Positions 38,090 through 45,853 of a stretch of 64,000 nucleotides of DNA are shown here, in pieces. Location of the stretch: the NCBI GenBank assembly GCA_017938405.1, contig JAGBBP010000014.1, forward strand, positions 79,034 through 143,033, given 5' to 3'. The DNA is from Lachnospiraceae bacterium (GTDB taxonomy: Bacteria > Bacillota > Clostridia > Lachnospirales > Lachnospiraceae). The notes beneath the pieces are model-generated. The model worked only from the letters and a program-made list of their open reading frames with translations, ran no database searches and was not told the DNA's origin. The number at the start of each line of letters is the position of its first letter. The stretch's first letter is position 1. The position numbers and the translations under genes are program-made.

Positions 38090-39006
38090 GTATGTAATAC
38101 CTTTCCTTCCCCGTCATAAATAGCCTTTACCCCAAAACGCTTCCCCTTCTTTTTAAGACAAACATACCGTTCAAACCGGCGTTCCTCCCAAAGGGTACGC
38201 AAAACCGGATTTCGTATGAGTTCCTCTAAACTTCCTCCGTGGGCACTGGCCAATACCTTACAGCCGGACCCTGCCGCCGCCCGTATGGCAAATACATCCG
38301 CCTCTATGCCGATTTCATCCGCTGCCAAAATCTGTGGCGTCATGGAACGCAGTAACATCCCCATGGCCTCTGCCTTGGGACATCCGTCCATCACATCCGT
38401 CCGCATCCCCAAATCATGCTGCGGAATGCCGTAATGACAGGCGGCCAGTTCCGACCGTTCGTCCGCCACACCCACACGCAACCCTGCATTCGACAGCAGT
38501 CGAATCAAATCCCGGAGGAACGTGGTTTTCCCACAACCAGCCGGTGCAAACAGTAACGTGTGATAATACTGCCCGTCCCCATATAAAAGCCGAAACAACT
38601 CCTCACTACAACCTTTGCACTCATGAGCCACCCGGAAATTCAGAAAGGAAATATAACTGAGTCTCCGTACCCTTCCGCCCTCTATGACAGCCTTACCGGC
38701 CACTCCGATACGGTGTCCGCCCTCTATGGTAAAATATCCTTGTCGCAGTTCTTCCTCAAAGGCATACACCGAATATCCGGTTAAAAGCTCCAATGCGTTT
38801 TTTACATCCGCTTCGGTTACCCGGTAAGCCTCCCCTTCGGAAGTAACCGCTCGTCCCGCAGCGTTCAATAACATCTCTCCCTCCGAGGTTTCAAGTACCA
38901 AGCCTCTCCCTGTCCGAAACCGGATTTCCCTGAGGCTTTCTTCTTTTATCCCGGAAGCCAATAAGATTCCCCTCACCGGCTCCGGCAACATCCGTGCCGG
39001 TTTCAT
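38077..39006 (-). CDS. spoIIIAA: Stage III sporulation protein AA (secretion-type ATPase)
   Basis: 309 aa. Walker A APAGCGKTTFLRDL and Walker B ILAADEIG. First gene of the array. Confidence 0.9.
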   Translation of the reverse strand: MKPARMLPEPVRGILLASGIKEESLREIRFRTGRGLVLETSEGEMLLNAAGRAVTSEGEAYRVTEADVKNALELLTGYSVYAFEEELRQGYFTIEGGHRIGVAGKAVIEGGRVRRLSYISFLNFRVAHECKGCSEELFRLLYGDGQYYHTLLFAPAGCGKTTFLRDLIRLLSNAGLRVGVADERSELAACHYGIPQHDLGMRTDVMDGCPKAEAMGMLLRSMTPQILAADEIGIEADVFAIRAAAGSGCKVLASAHGGSLEELIRNPVLRTLWEERRFERYVCLKKKGKRFGVKAIYDGEGKVLHTWNI

Positions 39007-39070
39007 AGTTGTATCCTCCTTCCTCCCTTATCATACACTCCGCGGGACAACTTATTTCCCGCCTTACCTC

Positions 39071-39098
39071 AATATATGAGACAGGCTGTAAAATATGA
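39071..39098 (-). promoter_or_regulatory. Candidate sigma-E promoter of the spoIIIA operon
   Basis: The minus strand reads TCATATT (39098-39092), a 13-nt spacer, then CATATATT (39078-39071). The remembered B. subtilis sigma-E consensus is kmATATT ... CATACAhT. spoIIIA is sigma-E dependent in B. subtilis. Confidence 0.5.
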
Positions 39099-39108
39099 CA
39101 GCCTGTCT
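39079..39108. repeat. Perfect 11-bp inverted repeat over the spoIIIA promoter
   Basis: AGACAGGCTGT-N8-ACAGCCTGTCT, read directly. It covers the -35 and the spacer of the putative sigma-E promoter. Confidence 0.8.
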
Positions 39109-39185
39109 TGCAAACAATTTTTTCCTGTGCTATACTTTGTACCATGATAAAGGAGCTGGATGCTCCTGCAACAAGGGGGATTTTT

Positions 39186-39953
39186 ATGGCAAGTTACGGA
39201 CTTTTGGGTGAACACTTATCCCACAGCTATTCCAAACAAATACATGAAGCATTGGCAGACTATACCTATGATTTAATCGAACTGACCAAAGAAGGGGTCA
39301 AAGAGTTTATGACGGCAAAAGAGTTTTCCGCCGTAAACGTAACGATCCCTTACAAAACCGAGGTTATCCCGTATCTGGATGAACTGGATGAACGGGCAAA
39401 AAAAATCGGTGCCGTCAATACCGTGGTCAACAAAAACGGAATGCTGACCGGCTACAACACCGACTATTACGGATTCTTATATACGTTACAGAAAAACAAT
39501 ATCAAAATCACCGGAGAAAAGGTACTGGTGCTTGGGAACGGCGGTGCCGCAAAAGCTGTCCTGGCCGTGCTTTCCGACCTTTCCGCAAAGGAAATCGTTA
39601 TCGTAAAACGTACCTCCGGAGAAGGCATCTGCTCCTATGAAGAAGCCTATGCCCTACACTCCGATGCCACGGTATTAATTAACACCAGCCCGGTGGGCAT
39701 GTACCCGCATACAGACGAAACCCCGACCGTTCTTACACCGTTTCCGAATCTGACCGCCGTGGTAGACTTAATCTACAACCCGGAAGTCACGAAACTTTTG
39801 GCAGAAGCAAGGAGTCGCGGGCTTATCGCCGTAAACGGTCTGGAAATGCTGGTTTCCCAGGCATTTTATGCGGTACAATATTTTCTGGATACAAAACTGG
39901 ATGAGGAAAAGATTGAAGCAGTGACAAAGATGATACAGGAGACGCTGTACTAA
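39186..39953 (+). CDS. aroE: Shikimate dehydrogenase
   Basis: Start set to ATG 39186 after AAGGGGGA. Motifs HSYS, NVTIPYK, GAVNTV, GYNTD and the NAD(P) loop LGNGGAAKAV. Confidence 0.9.
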   Translation: MASYGLLGEHLSHSYSKQIHEALADYTYDLIELTKEGVKEFMTAKEFSAVNVTIPYKTEVIPYLDELDERAKKIGAVNTVVNKNGMLTGYNTDYYGFLYTLQKNNIKITGEKVLVLGNGGAAKAVLAVLSDLSAKEIVIVKRTSGEGICSYEEAYALHSDATVLINTSPVGMYPHTDETPTVLTPFPNLTAVVDLIYNPEVTKLLAEARSRGLIAVNGLEMLVSQAFYAVQYFLDTKLDEEKIEAVTKMIQETLY

Positions 39954-39959
39954 ACAAAA

Positions 39960-40006
39960 AAGCGACCGTTCTGCATTTCATTTCACAGAACGGTCGCTTT
40001 CTTTTT
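39960..40006. terminator. Bidirectional rho-independent terminator (aroE / orphan gene)
   Basis: Perfect 14-bp stem AAGCGACCGTTCTG/CAGAACGGTCGCTT with a 12-nt loop, and T runs on both strands. Confidence 0.85.
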
Positions 40007-40012
40007 CTCCGA

Positions 40013-41197
40013 TTATTTTATCAACGAAATTTCCAGCTTATCAAGCACCGAAAGCTTTCCGGTTGTCTCATTCAAACTCATGGAAAAATCCTGCAACCCA
40101 TCCGTTCCATCTTCCCGTTCTAACAGTTCTCCTTCGAACACCCGCTGTCCTTTCTCAAACACAACCAGCCTTACTTTATTAAAATCCATATCGGTATAGC
40201 ACAAATACATGCGTTCTCCGACGGTTACAAAATCAGCCCTATTGCACATCGCCGCGTTATCTCTCCAGGAAGAAAACTCTTCTCCACTGTTCCAGAGTAT
40301 TTTTTCCTCTGCCCTGTCCGAGTCCACGTAATACGTATATGCCAGCAGCTTATTTTCCTCGGCTCCGATTACCGTCAACGCATTTTTCTCCTCTTCACCA
40401 ATCAGCCAAAGAAACGAAAAACCGTCCCCGCGCTCGTTCATCGAAAATACACATTCGGCAAACCCGTTCTCATCAAACCGGTAAATTCCCTGTTTCTCCA
40501 TCATATGAATCTCCGATATATCAAAGTCGTCCTCCGGCTCTGCCACAGGATATCCGTACAATTTTCCGTCAAGTTCACATAAAAACCGGCCGCTGTAATG
40601 ACTCACAACATCCCCATACAGAGTATTCCACCCTACCCTGTTTTCGTCGTAATACTCCGGTCCCAAACCTTCATAAGAAAAGGAATCCTCCTCTGCAAAG
40701 GTTACATACTCCGGAAACAGATACCGCTCTTCCCCATAATAAGTATACCCGTCCGTCAGATACCACTTCAAATCATAGGAAAACTCTTTTCCGGTCACCC
40801 AATGTGTCCCCTCCACTGCCTTTTGCGGAAACTCCGGGGAAAGTCCGCAAAACAGCAACCTGTTTTTCAGTCCGTTCTTCTTGTCTCTTTTATAAGAAAG
40901 TCCGGTCTCCACCTGTCCTTTTGTAATCTGTGCTGTTCTTGTCTTATAAAAATAATCTGCATTTTGAACCGCCGTTTCGCGGTCAAAATAATATTCTTCC
41001 CTATCCCAGATACGCTGTGCTACCCCAAGACTGATGTTTACACCCTCTACGATATCCGGGTCTCCCGTAAGTACCTTAAGTTCTTCTGTTCCCTTGCTTA
41101 TTTTTACGGAAATCAACCATCCCACCAGGCAAACAAATGTCAACATCAGAATCAAACCGAACATAACGCCGGCCACCCGAATCCGCTTTTTAAACAT
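40013..41197 (-). CDS. Membrane-anchored extracytoplasmic orphan protein (394 aa)
   Basis: Start set to ATG 41195-41197 after GGAGGAAGG, overlapping the ABC ATPase 3' end by 8 nt. One N-terminal TM helix, then an aromatic/acidic-rich domain with no motif I recognise. Confidence 0.65.
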   Translation of the reverse strand: MFKKRIRVAGVMFGLILMLTFVCLVGWLISVKISKGTEELKVLTGDPDIVEGVNISLGVAQRIWDREEYYFDRETAVQNADYFYKTRTAQITKGQVETGLSYKRDKKNGLKNRLLFCGLSPEFPQKAVEGTHWVTGKEFSYDLKWYLTDGYTYYGEERYLFPEYVTFAEEDSFSYEGLGPEYYDENRVGWNTLYGDVVSHYSGRFLCELDGKLYGYPVAEPEDDFDISEIHMMEKQGIYRFDENGFAECVFSMNERGDGFSFLWLIGEEEKNALTVIGAEENKLLAYTYYVDSDRAEEKILWNSGEEFSSWRDNAAMCNRADFVTVGERMYLCYTDMDFNKVRLVVFEKGQRVFEGELLEREDGTDGLQDFSMSLNETTGKLSVLDKLEISLIK

Positions 41198-41927
41198 TTC
41201 CTTCCTCCATTCTCCGGATAAACTCCGCAGCCTTCCCCTCATTATAGTTCAACTTCTTTTTCAGCCATGCAACCACATCCGTATTCTCTTCTTCCATTTC
41301 ATCCATACTTACATCCGCAATTACATCAAACTGATCCACCAGAAGCACTCTGCCGATGACAGACTCCACTTCCTCCACCAGATGCGTTGCTATAATCAGA
41401 CATTCCGTCTCTTCCAAAATTCCTAAAAGCAACTTATAAAAATCCTTCCGGTGAAATAAGTCATTATTGGCAAAGGGCTCGTCAAGGAAAATATACTCCG
41501 CGCCCTGACACAGGGCAAACACGGTCTCCACCTGATTCTTTTCTCCCACGGAAAGTTCCTTTAACTTCCATTTCATCGGAATTTCAAAATACTCCGTCAA
41601 AAGCTTGAACCGGTCCTTGCGAAAGTTCGGGAAATTCATTTCATAAAACTCCTTCTGCTCCTCCACCGTAAACTCGCCGAAAAAGGTATGCTCGCAGCTT
41701 CCCAAGGCCAGTCTGTGAAGATTTTTATAGGATACCGGCTTTCCGTCCAGTGTAATCGTATGTAGCGGCCGCTCTTTCATATCCAGAATCTCTTTTATGA
41801 GTGTCGTCTTTCCGGAACCGTTTTTCCCCAGAAGTGCCACAATTTCCCCCGGTTGTAACGTTACCCGTTCCAAGAAAGAACCGTTTTGCAACGGGACACT
41901 CCTCTCAAAACTTTTAATCTCTAACAT
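41190..41927 (-). CDS. ABC transporter ATP-binding protein
   Basis: Walker A GKNGSGKTT, signature LSVGEKNQ, Walker B IFLDEP. Confidence 0.9.
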   Translation of the reverse strand: MLEIKSFERSVPLQNGSFLERVTLQPGEIVALLGKNGSGKTTLIKEILDMKERPLHTITLDGKPVSYKNLHRLALGSCEHTFFGEFTVEEQKEFYEMNFPNFRKDRFKLLTEYFEIPMKWKLKELSVGEKNQVETVFALCQGAEYIFLDEPFANNDLFHRKDFYKLLLGILEETECLIIATHLVEEVESVIGRVLLVDQFDVIADVSMDEMEEENTDVVAWLKKKLNYNEGKAAEFIRRMEEGNV

Positions 41928-41954
41928 TTCATTTCCTCCTTCTTTTCCCTATCT

Positions 41955-42692
41955 TTACAGCTTTCGGTACACATGTCGTACCAAAAACATCATTTCAATA
42001 CCAATGGCACCGGACAATGCTACCACTCTTTGCCACAGTTCCGGAAAGTTAATTACGTTTGAACAAAATACCGGCATTCCGATGCCTCCGATGGCTACGA
42101 TCCCTCCGATGATATCCTTCTTTACGTTTCGCAGTACAAAGTTTAAAAGCAATACCGCTAACGCAAACAAAACAAGATTTACCACCGGCAGCAACACCGC
42201 CTCTGCAATCGTAAACGGCCCTACACTTTGGATTCGTAACGCTTCCGGCACACGACTCCGGTACATACTGCGTTGAAAACTCCATTGCAGAATTCCATAC
42301 ACCGCATATATCGCAACCGGGAACAGTACCGCCATGAGCTTTGCCCGTAAATATTTGCCTCGATAGTCCGGAATTCTTCGCAATGTCACATACCAGTTTT
42401 CTTTAAAGCTTTCCCGATGTACTGTTGTAATTGCCAGATACAACACCGCAACAACAGCCCAAATCAATCCGAATAAAAAATTACCTCCCGGCACATCAAG
42501 ATTCACTGTTATCGGAAGCGGCACATCGGCCTTCCTCCATTCCGTCACCCGAAACAGTTCCCACTCCAGTCGGCCCACATAGCGATTCGCATCCATCATC
42601 CACGCTATTACGTAAAACACTCCTGCCACCCAAAGAAACCATCTCTTTGTCTTCCTATCACTCCACCCGTTCTCTAACTTCCGCTCCCTCAT
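41955..42692 (-). CDS. Polytopic membrane protein (about 6 TM), putative permease partner
   Basis: 245 aa, strong RBS AAGGAGG. It overlaps the upstream ORF by 35 nt. No recognisable family. Confidence 0.65.
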   Translation of the reverse strand: MRERKLENGWSDRKTKRWFLWVAGVFYVIAWMMDANRYVGRLEWELFRVTEWRKADVPLPITVNLDVPGGNFLFGLIWAVVAVLYLAITTVHRESFKENWYVTLRRIPDYRGKYLRAKLMAVLFPVAIYAVYGILQWSFQRSMYRSRVPEALRIQSVGPFTIAEAVLLPVVNLVLFALAVLLLNFVLRNVKKDIIGGIVAIGGIGMPVFCSNVINFPELWQRVVALSGAIGIEMMFLVRHVYRKL

Positions 42693-43461
42693 CCTTTTGC
42701 CTCCTTCGATATGCCAAAATAACCTTCCCTATGTAGAACAATCCAAACAGTAGCATTAAAACCAAATCCAGTGCGGGTGTTTTTCTCTCAACAAAGCAGT
42801 AGTTGACAAAAGATACAACAATCAAAATCCCCCATACCGCTTTGGTTCTCACAGATTCCTCCGGATTCTCTTTCACTATCGGTGACAGCACCGACACCGC
42901 AGCAATGCAGTTCAGCAATACCGGAACTGCCCACCCCGAGGCAATCGGACACACACGATACAGATGCAGAAAATGATAGAATACCGGATACAACTCCGCT
43001 CCGCCGTAGGCAGTCTCCGGTGATAAGACATTTTCTGCAAAAAGCAACAGGCACAGTATGAGAAAATATAACAAAAATGCGCTTAACGTTACCGCAAAAG
43101 AGTATTCCCAGCAAATCAGCTCTTTTGTTTCCCGGGAAAGCGGCACGTGCCTCATGGCAAGCACATTCTTCTCCTGCCTTGCAAACCCTATAATTAAAAT
43201 AATCTGCACTCCGATGACCAGTACAAAAAATGCCAGTGCAAGCGGTAATGCATTTAACTGTTCCAAGAAAGTCACTTCATATTCCGCTTTCGCTACTTTG
43301 GCAAACCAATTGTACAAAAACAATCCCGTAAGTATTCCGAACACAATCCCATACAGCCACAAAATCGGCGCTAACGTATACTTTAATTGTAGCCCCCAAA
43401 AGGCTTTTCGACGATTCTTTTCCAAAACCTTCTCTTGTTCTTTCATAGACCTCTCCATCAT
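42658..43461 (-). CDS. Polytopic membrane protein (about 6-7 TM), putative permease partner
   Basis: 267 aa. It starts 14 nt after the GntR stop. No recognisable family. Confidence 0.65.
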   Translation of the reverse strand: MMERSMKEQEKVLEKNRRKAFWGLQLKYTLAPILWLYGIVFGILTGLFLYNWFAKVAKAEYEVTFLEQLNALPLALAFFVLVIGVQIILIIGFARQEKNVLAMRHVPLSRETKELICWEYSFAVTLSAFLLYFLILCLLLFAENVLSPETAYGGAELYPVFYHFLHLYRVCPIASGWAVPVLLNCIAAVSVLSPIVKENPEESVRTKAVWGILIVVSFVNYCFVERKTPALDLVLMLLFGLFYIGKVILAYRRRQKDEGAEVRERVE

Positions 43462-43475
43462 CCCTTCTCTCCCTC

Positions 43476-43856
43476 CTACCAGTTCTCTTTTATCAACACT
43501 ACGGCTTCTTCTACCGTAAGTCCCATTTTCTTTACTTCCTCGATATACTTCTCCGCTTCCACCGCCAACAGTTCCTTCCGGTACTTATCTACCAGACTTT
43601 CATCAAACTGCAACAAACTCTTGGAACCCGCAAAAGAAACCAGTATTCCTTCCTCCTCCATCAGGCGATATGCCTTCTGGATGGTGTTGGGATTTACCTC
43701 TAGGATAGCAGACAACACACGCCTGGAAGGCAGTTCGTCTCCGTCCCGCACCTGCCGGTTTACCATTTTGATTTTCACAAACCGGACAATCTGCACATAA
43801 ATCGGACTATCTTCATTCAGTTTTAACTCCGAAAAATCCACAACCACGGGATTCAC
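43476..43856 (-). CDS. GntR-family (YtrA-subfamily, short) transcriptional regulator
   Basis: 126 aa with a GTG start. Winged HTH SPIYVQIVRFVKIKMVNRQVRDGDELPSRRVLSAILEVNPNTIQKAYRLMEEEG and a short C-terminal helical tail typical of YtrA-type regulators. Confidence 0.85.
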   Translation of the reverse strand: MNPVVVDFSELKLNEDSPIYVQIVRFVKIKMVNRQVRDGDELPSRRVLSAILEVNPNTIQKAYRLMEEEGILVSFAGSKSLLQFDESLVDKYRKELLAVEAEKYIEEVKKMGLTVEEAVVLIKENW

Positions 43857-43930
43857 CTGCCTTTCCTTGCGTTTTCTTTACACTTCTGCCCTCACTTTTC
43901 TCTACTCGTCATTCCAACCGTATCACTCGT

Positions 43931-43971
43931 GTAATACAGTTTCTAACCGTATTATAGCAGTAATACAGTTT
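43931..43971 (-). promoter_or_regulatory. Two perfect 12-nt direct repeats (candidate GntR operators)
   Basis: GTAATACAGTTT occurs at 43931-43942 and 43960-43971. Each copy contains a GT-N3-AC core. One copy sits in the promoter spacer and the other just downstream of the -10. Confidence 0.6.
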
Positions 43972-43979
43972 GGTGTCAA
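43951..43979 (-). promoter_or_regulatory. Perfect consensus sigma-A promoter of the GntR-ABC operon
   Basis: The minus strand reads TTGACA (43979-43974), a 17-nt spacer, then TATAAT (43956-43951). Confidence 0.75.
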
Positions 43980-43983
43980 CAGA

Positions 43984-44030
43984 AAATAAAAAACTGCCAC
44001 ACCTACGCTTTCCATCGTAACTTTGGCAGT
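43984..44030 (-). terminator. Rho-independent terminator after the DUF1796 gene
   Basis: Outer stem ACTGCCA/TGGCAGT plus an inner 5-bp stem, followed on the minus strand by TTTTTATTTTC. Confidence 0.6.
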
Positions 44031-44066
44031 CTCTTTATTCCCTATAAGCATCCAAATAATCGTATT

Positions 44067-44720
44067 TTACACGCTCAACCTATACTCTTCTAATATTTTA
44101 TACCAGCATTTACTGTTTCCTCGCCAATCAAACGTCCTTCCGGTTTCAATGTCTATTTCATCATTGATGAAATATTCAGAAATACTAAGCTTAGAAGACA
44201 CTTTTATTTTGTTTTCCTGAATGCAGTCCGGTTCCATACTTGCAACACTTCTGACATTAACAAGCATAATATGTAAATGCTCATAGCATTCTGAAAACTT
44301 ATTCAGGAAAGAAACCAATTCTTCCCACTTTTCCTCTCGGTTACATAAAAGACACAATCTACTGCTATTTTCTAATTTTTCATTAATCTTACTTGCCCGT
44401 TCTAACATCATCCTTCGAAATTCTATCTGCTCACATTCCAGTGAAAGACATTTCGGGAAATAATGTATCGATCTGATATTATTCTTTCTATCTATTACCA
44501 CCCTGTTTTCGGCTTGATTATCCTTCTTGCTATTTTCCGTTTCATAAATATCTACAAAATAGTCTTCAAATCCGGTTTGAAATAAATGTAAACAATCCTC
44601 CAATGTATACCGGTTCATCCAATCCAACGGGGCACTTAAATAACGTAATTTACATTCTCTTAAATAATATGCAGGTCTACATGCACACCCTATAGATAAA
44701 AAAATATCAAATTCACACAT
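44067..44720 (-). CDS. DUF1796 protein (putative papain-like cysteine peptidase fold)
   Basis: Start set to ATG 44718-44720, 9 nt after GGAGG. The N-terminus DIFLSIGCACRPAYYLRE...LSAPLDWM matches my memory of the DUF1796 signature. The gene is AT-rich. Confidence 0.65.
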   Translation of the reverse strand: MCEFDIFLSIGCACRPAYYLRECKLRYLSAPLDWMNRYTLEDCLHLFQTGFEDYFVDIYETENSKKDNQAENRVVIDRKNNIRSIHYFPKCLSLECEQIEFRRMMLERASKINEKLENSSRLCLLCNREEKWEELVSFLNKFSECYEHLHIMLVNVRSVASMEPDCIQENKIKVSSKLSISEYFINDEIDIETGRTFDWRGNSKCWYKILEEYRLSV

Positions 44721-44817
44721 TTTACATATCCTCCTCATAGTCATTCCGCCAGCATGCCTCCATTTTGACCAAATGCTCTTCTATAATCTTCATTCACCAA
44801 GAAGTCCTTCCGGACTT

Positions 44818-45738
44818 CTACGGCAAAATATGTCCTGCTGCCAAATACAACCGATACCACTCTTCTCTGGAAAGCTCTATCTTACAAGCATCGATAATTT
44901 CCGTGAGACGATCCTCGCTGGCCGTTCCCGTTACCACCTGCATGCCTGCCGGATGACGCAAAATCCATGCTGTTGCTATGGCTGTCTTACTTACATCATA
45001 CTTCTCTGCCAGCTCCTGAAGTTCTTTGTTAAGTTCAGGATACTTTTCGCTGTCGATAAAGCAGCCCTGCCAGTTCGGCATCTGATATGGTGACCAGGCC
45101 TGAATGGTCATATCGTGCAGTCTGGAATAATCCAGTACACTGCCGTCCCGGTCCGGTGCTCCGTCGGAGGTCATATTCACTTCCAGTCCGTTTGCCACCA
45201 TATTGGACACCGGAATACTGAACTGTAACTGATTGGCAACCAAAGGCTGCTTCACATACCGTTTTAACAGTTCGATCTGCATCGGCTTATGATTGGATAC
45301 ACCGAAATAACGTACCTTCCCCTTGGTAAAAAGCTCTTCAAAGGCTTCCGCAACTTCCTCCGGCTCCACCAGTGCATCCGAACGATGTATTAAAAGCGCA
45401 TCCAGATAGTCCGTTTGCAGTCTTTTGAGACTTCCGTCTACCGCCTCGATAATATGCTCCTTGGAGGAATCGAAAAAGCCGTTCCGAATGCCGCATTTCG
45501 ATTGCAAAAACAAATCTTCTCTTTTGATAGAAGCACTGCTTGCCAACGCTTCTCCGAAAATCGCCTCACTCTGTCCTCCGCCATAAATATCCGCATGGTC
45601 AAAAAAATACGCCCCCTGCTCTACCGCACTTTGTAAAAAACGTTCCATCTCTTCACGGCTTTTCCCTGCAAGACGCATACACCCTACCACAATGGCCGGC
45701 ATCTGTTTTCCTGTTGATCCGAATGTAATCTCCTTCAT
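44818..45738 (-). CDS. Aldo/keto reductase
   Basis: 306 aa. FFDHADIYGGG, LQSKCG and LLIHRSD patterns of the AKR family. Confidence 0.85.
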   Translation of the reverse strand: MKEITFGSTGKQMPAIVVGCMRLAGKSREEMERFLQSAVEQGAYFFDHADIYGGGQSEAIFGEALASSASIKREDLFLQSKCGIRNGFFDSSKEHIIEAVDGSLKRLQTDYLDALLIHRSDALVEPEEVAEAFEELFTKGKVRYFGVSNHKPMQIELLKRYVKQPLVANQLQFSIPVSNMVANGLEVNMTSDGAPDRDGSVLDYSRLHDMTIQAWSPYQMPNWQGCFIDSEKYPELNKELQELAEKYDVSKTAIATAWILRHPAGMQVVTGTASEDRLTEIIDACKIELSREEWYRLYLAAGHILP

Positions 45739-45770
45739 TATCTTCTCCTTTCTTATTCTAATTCTAAGAA

Positions 45771-45813
45771 AGCTGCCGCAGGAGAGAATCTATATCCTAC
45801 TCTTGCGACAGCT
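45771..45813 (-). terminator. Terminator after the GH94 gene
   Basis: A 13-position stem AGCTGTCGCAAGA/TCTCCTGCGGCAGCT with one G-U pair and one mismatch on the minus-strand RNA, then a T-rich tail. Confidence 0.5.
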
Positions 45814-45853
45814 CTTCATTTCAGCTTATTTTATATTCTACTGTCCCGGTAGT

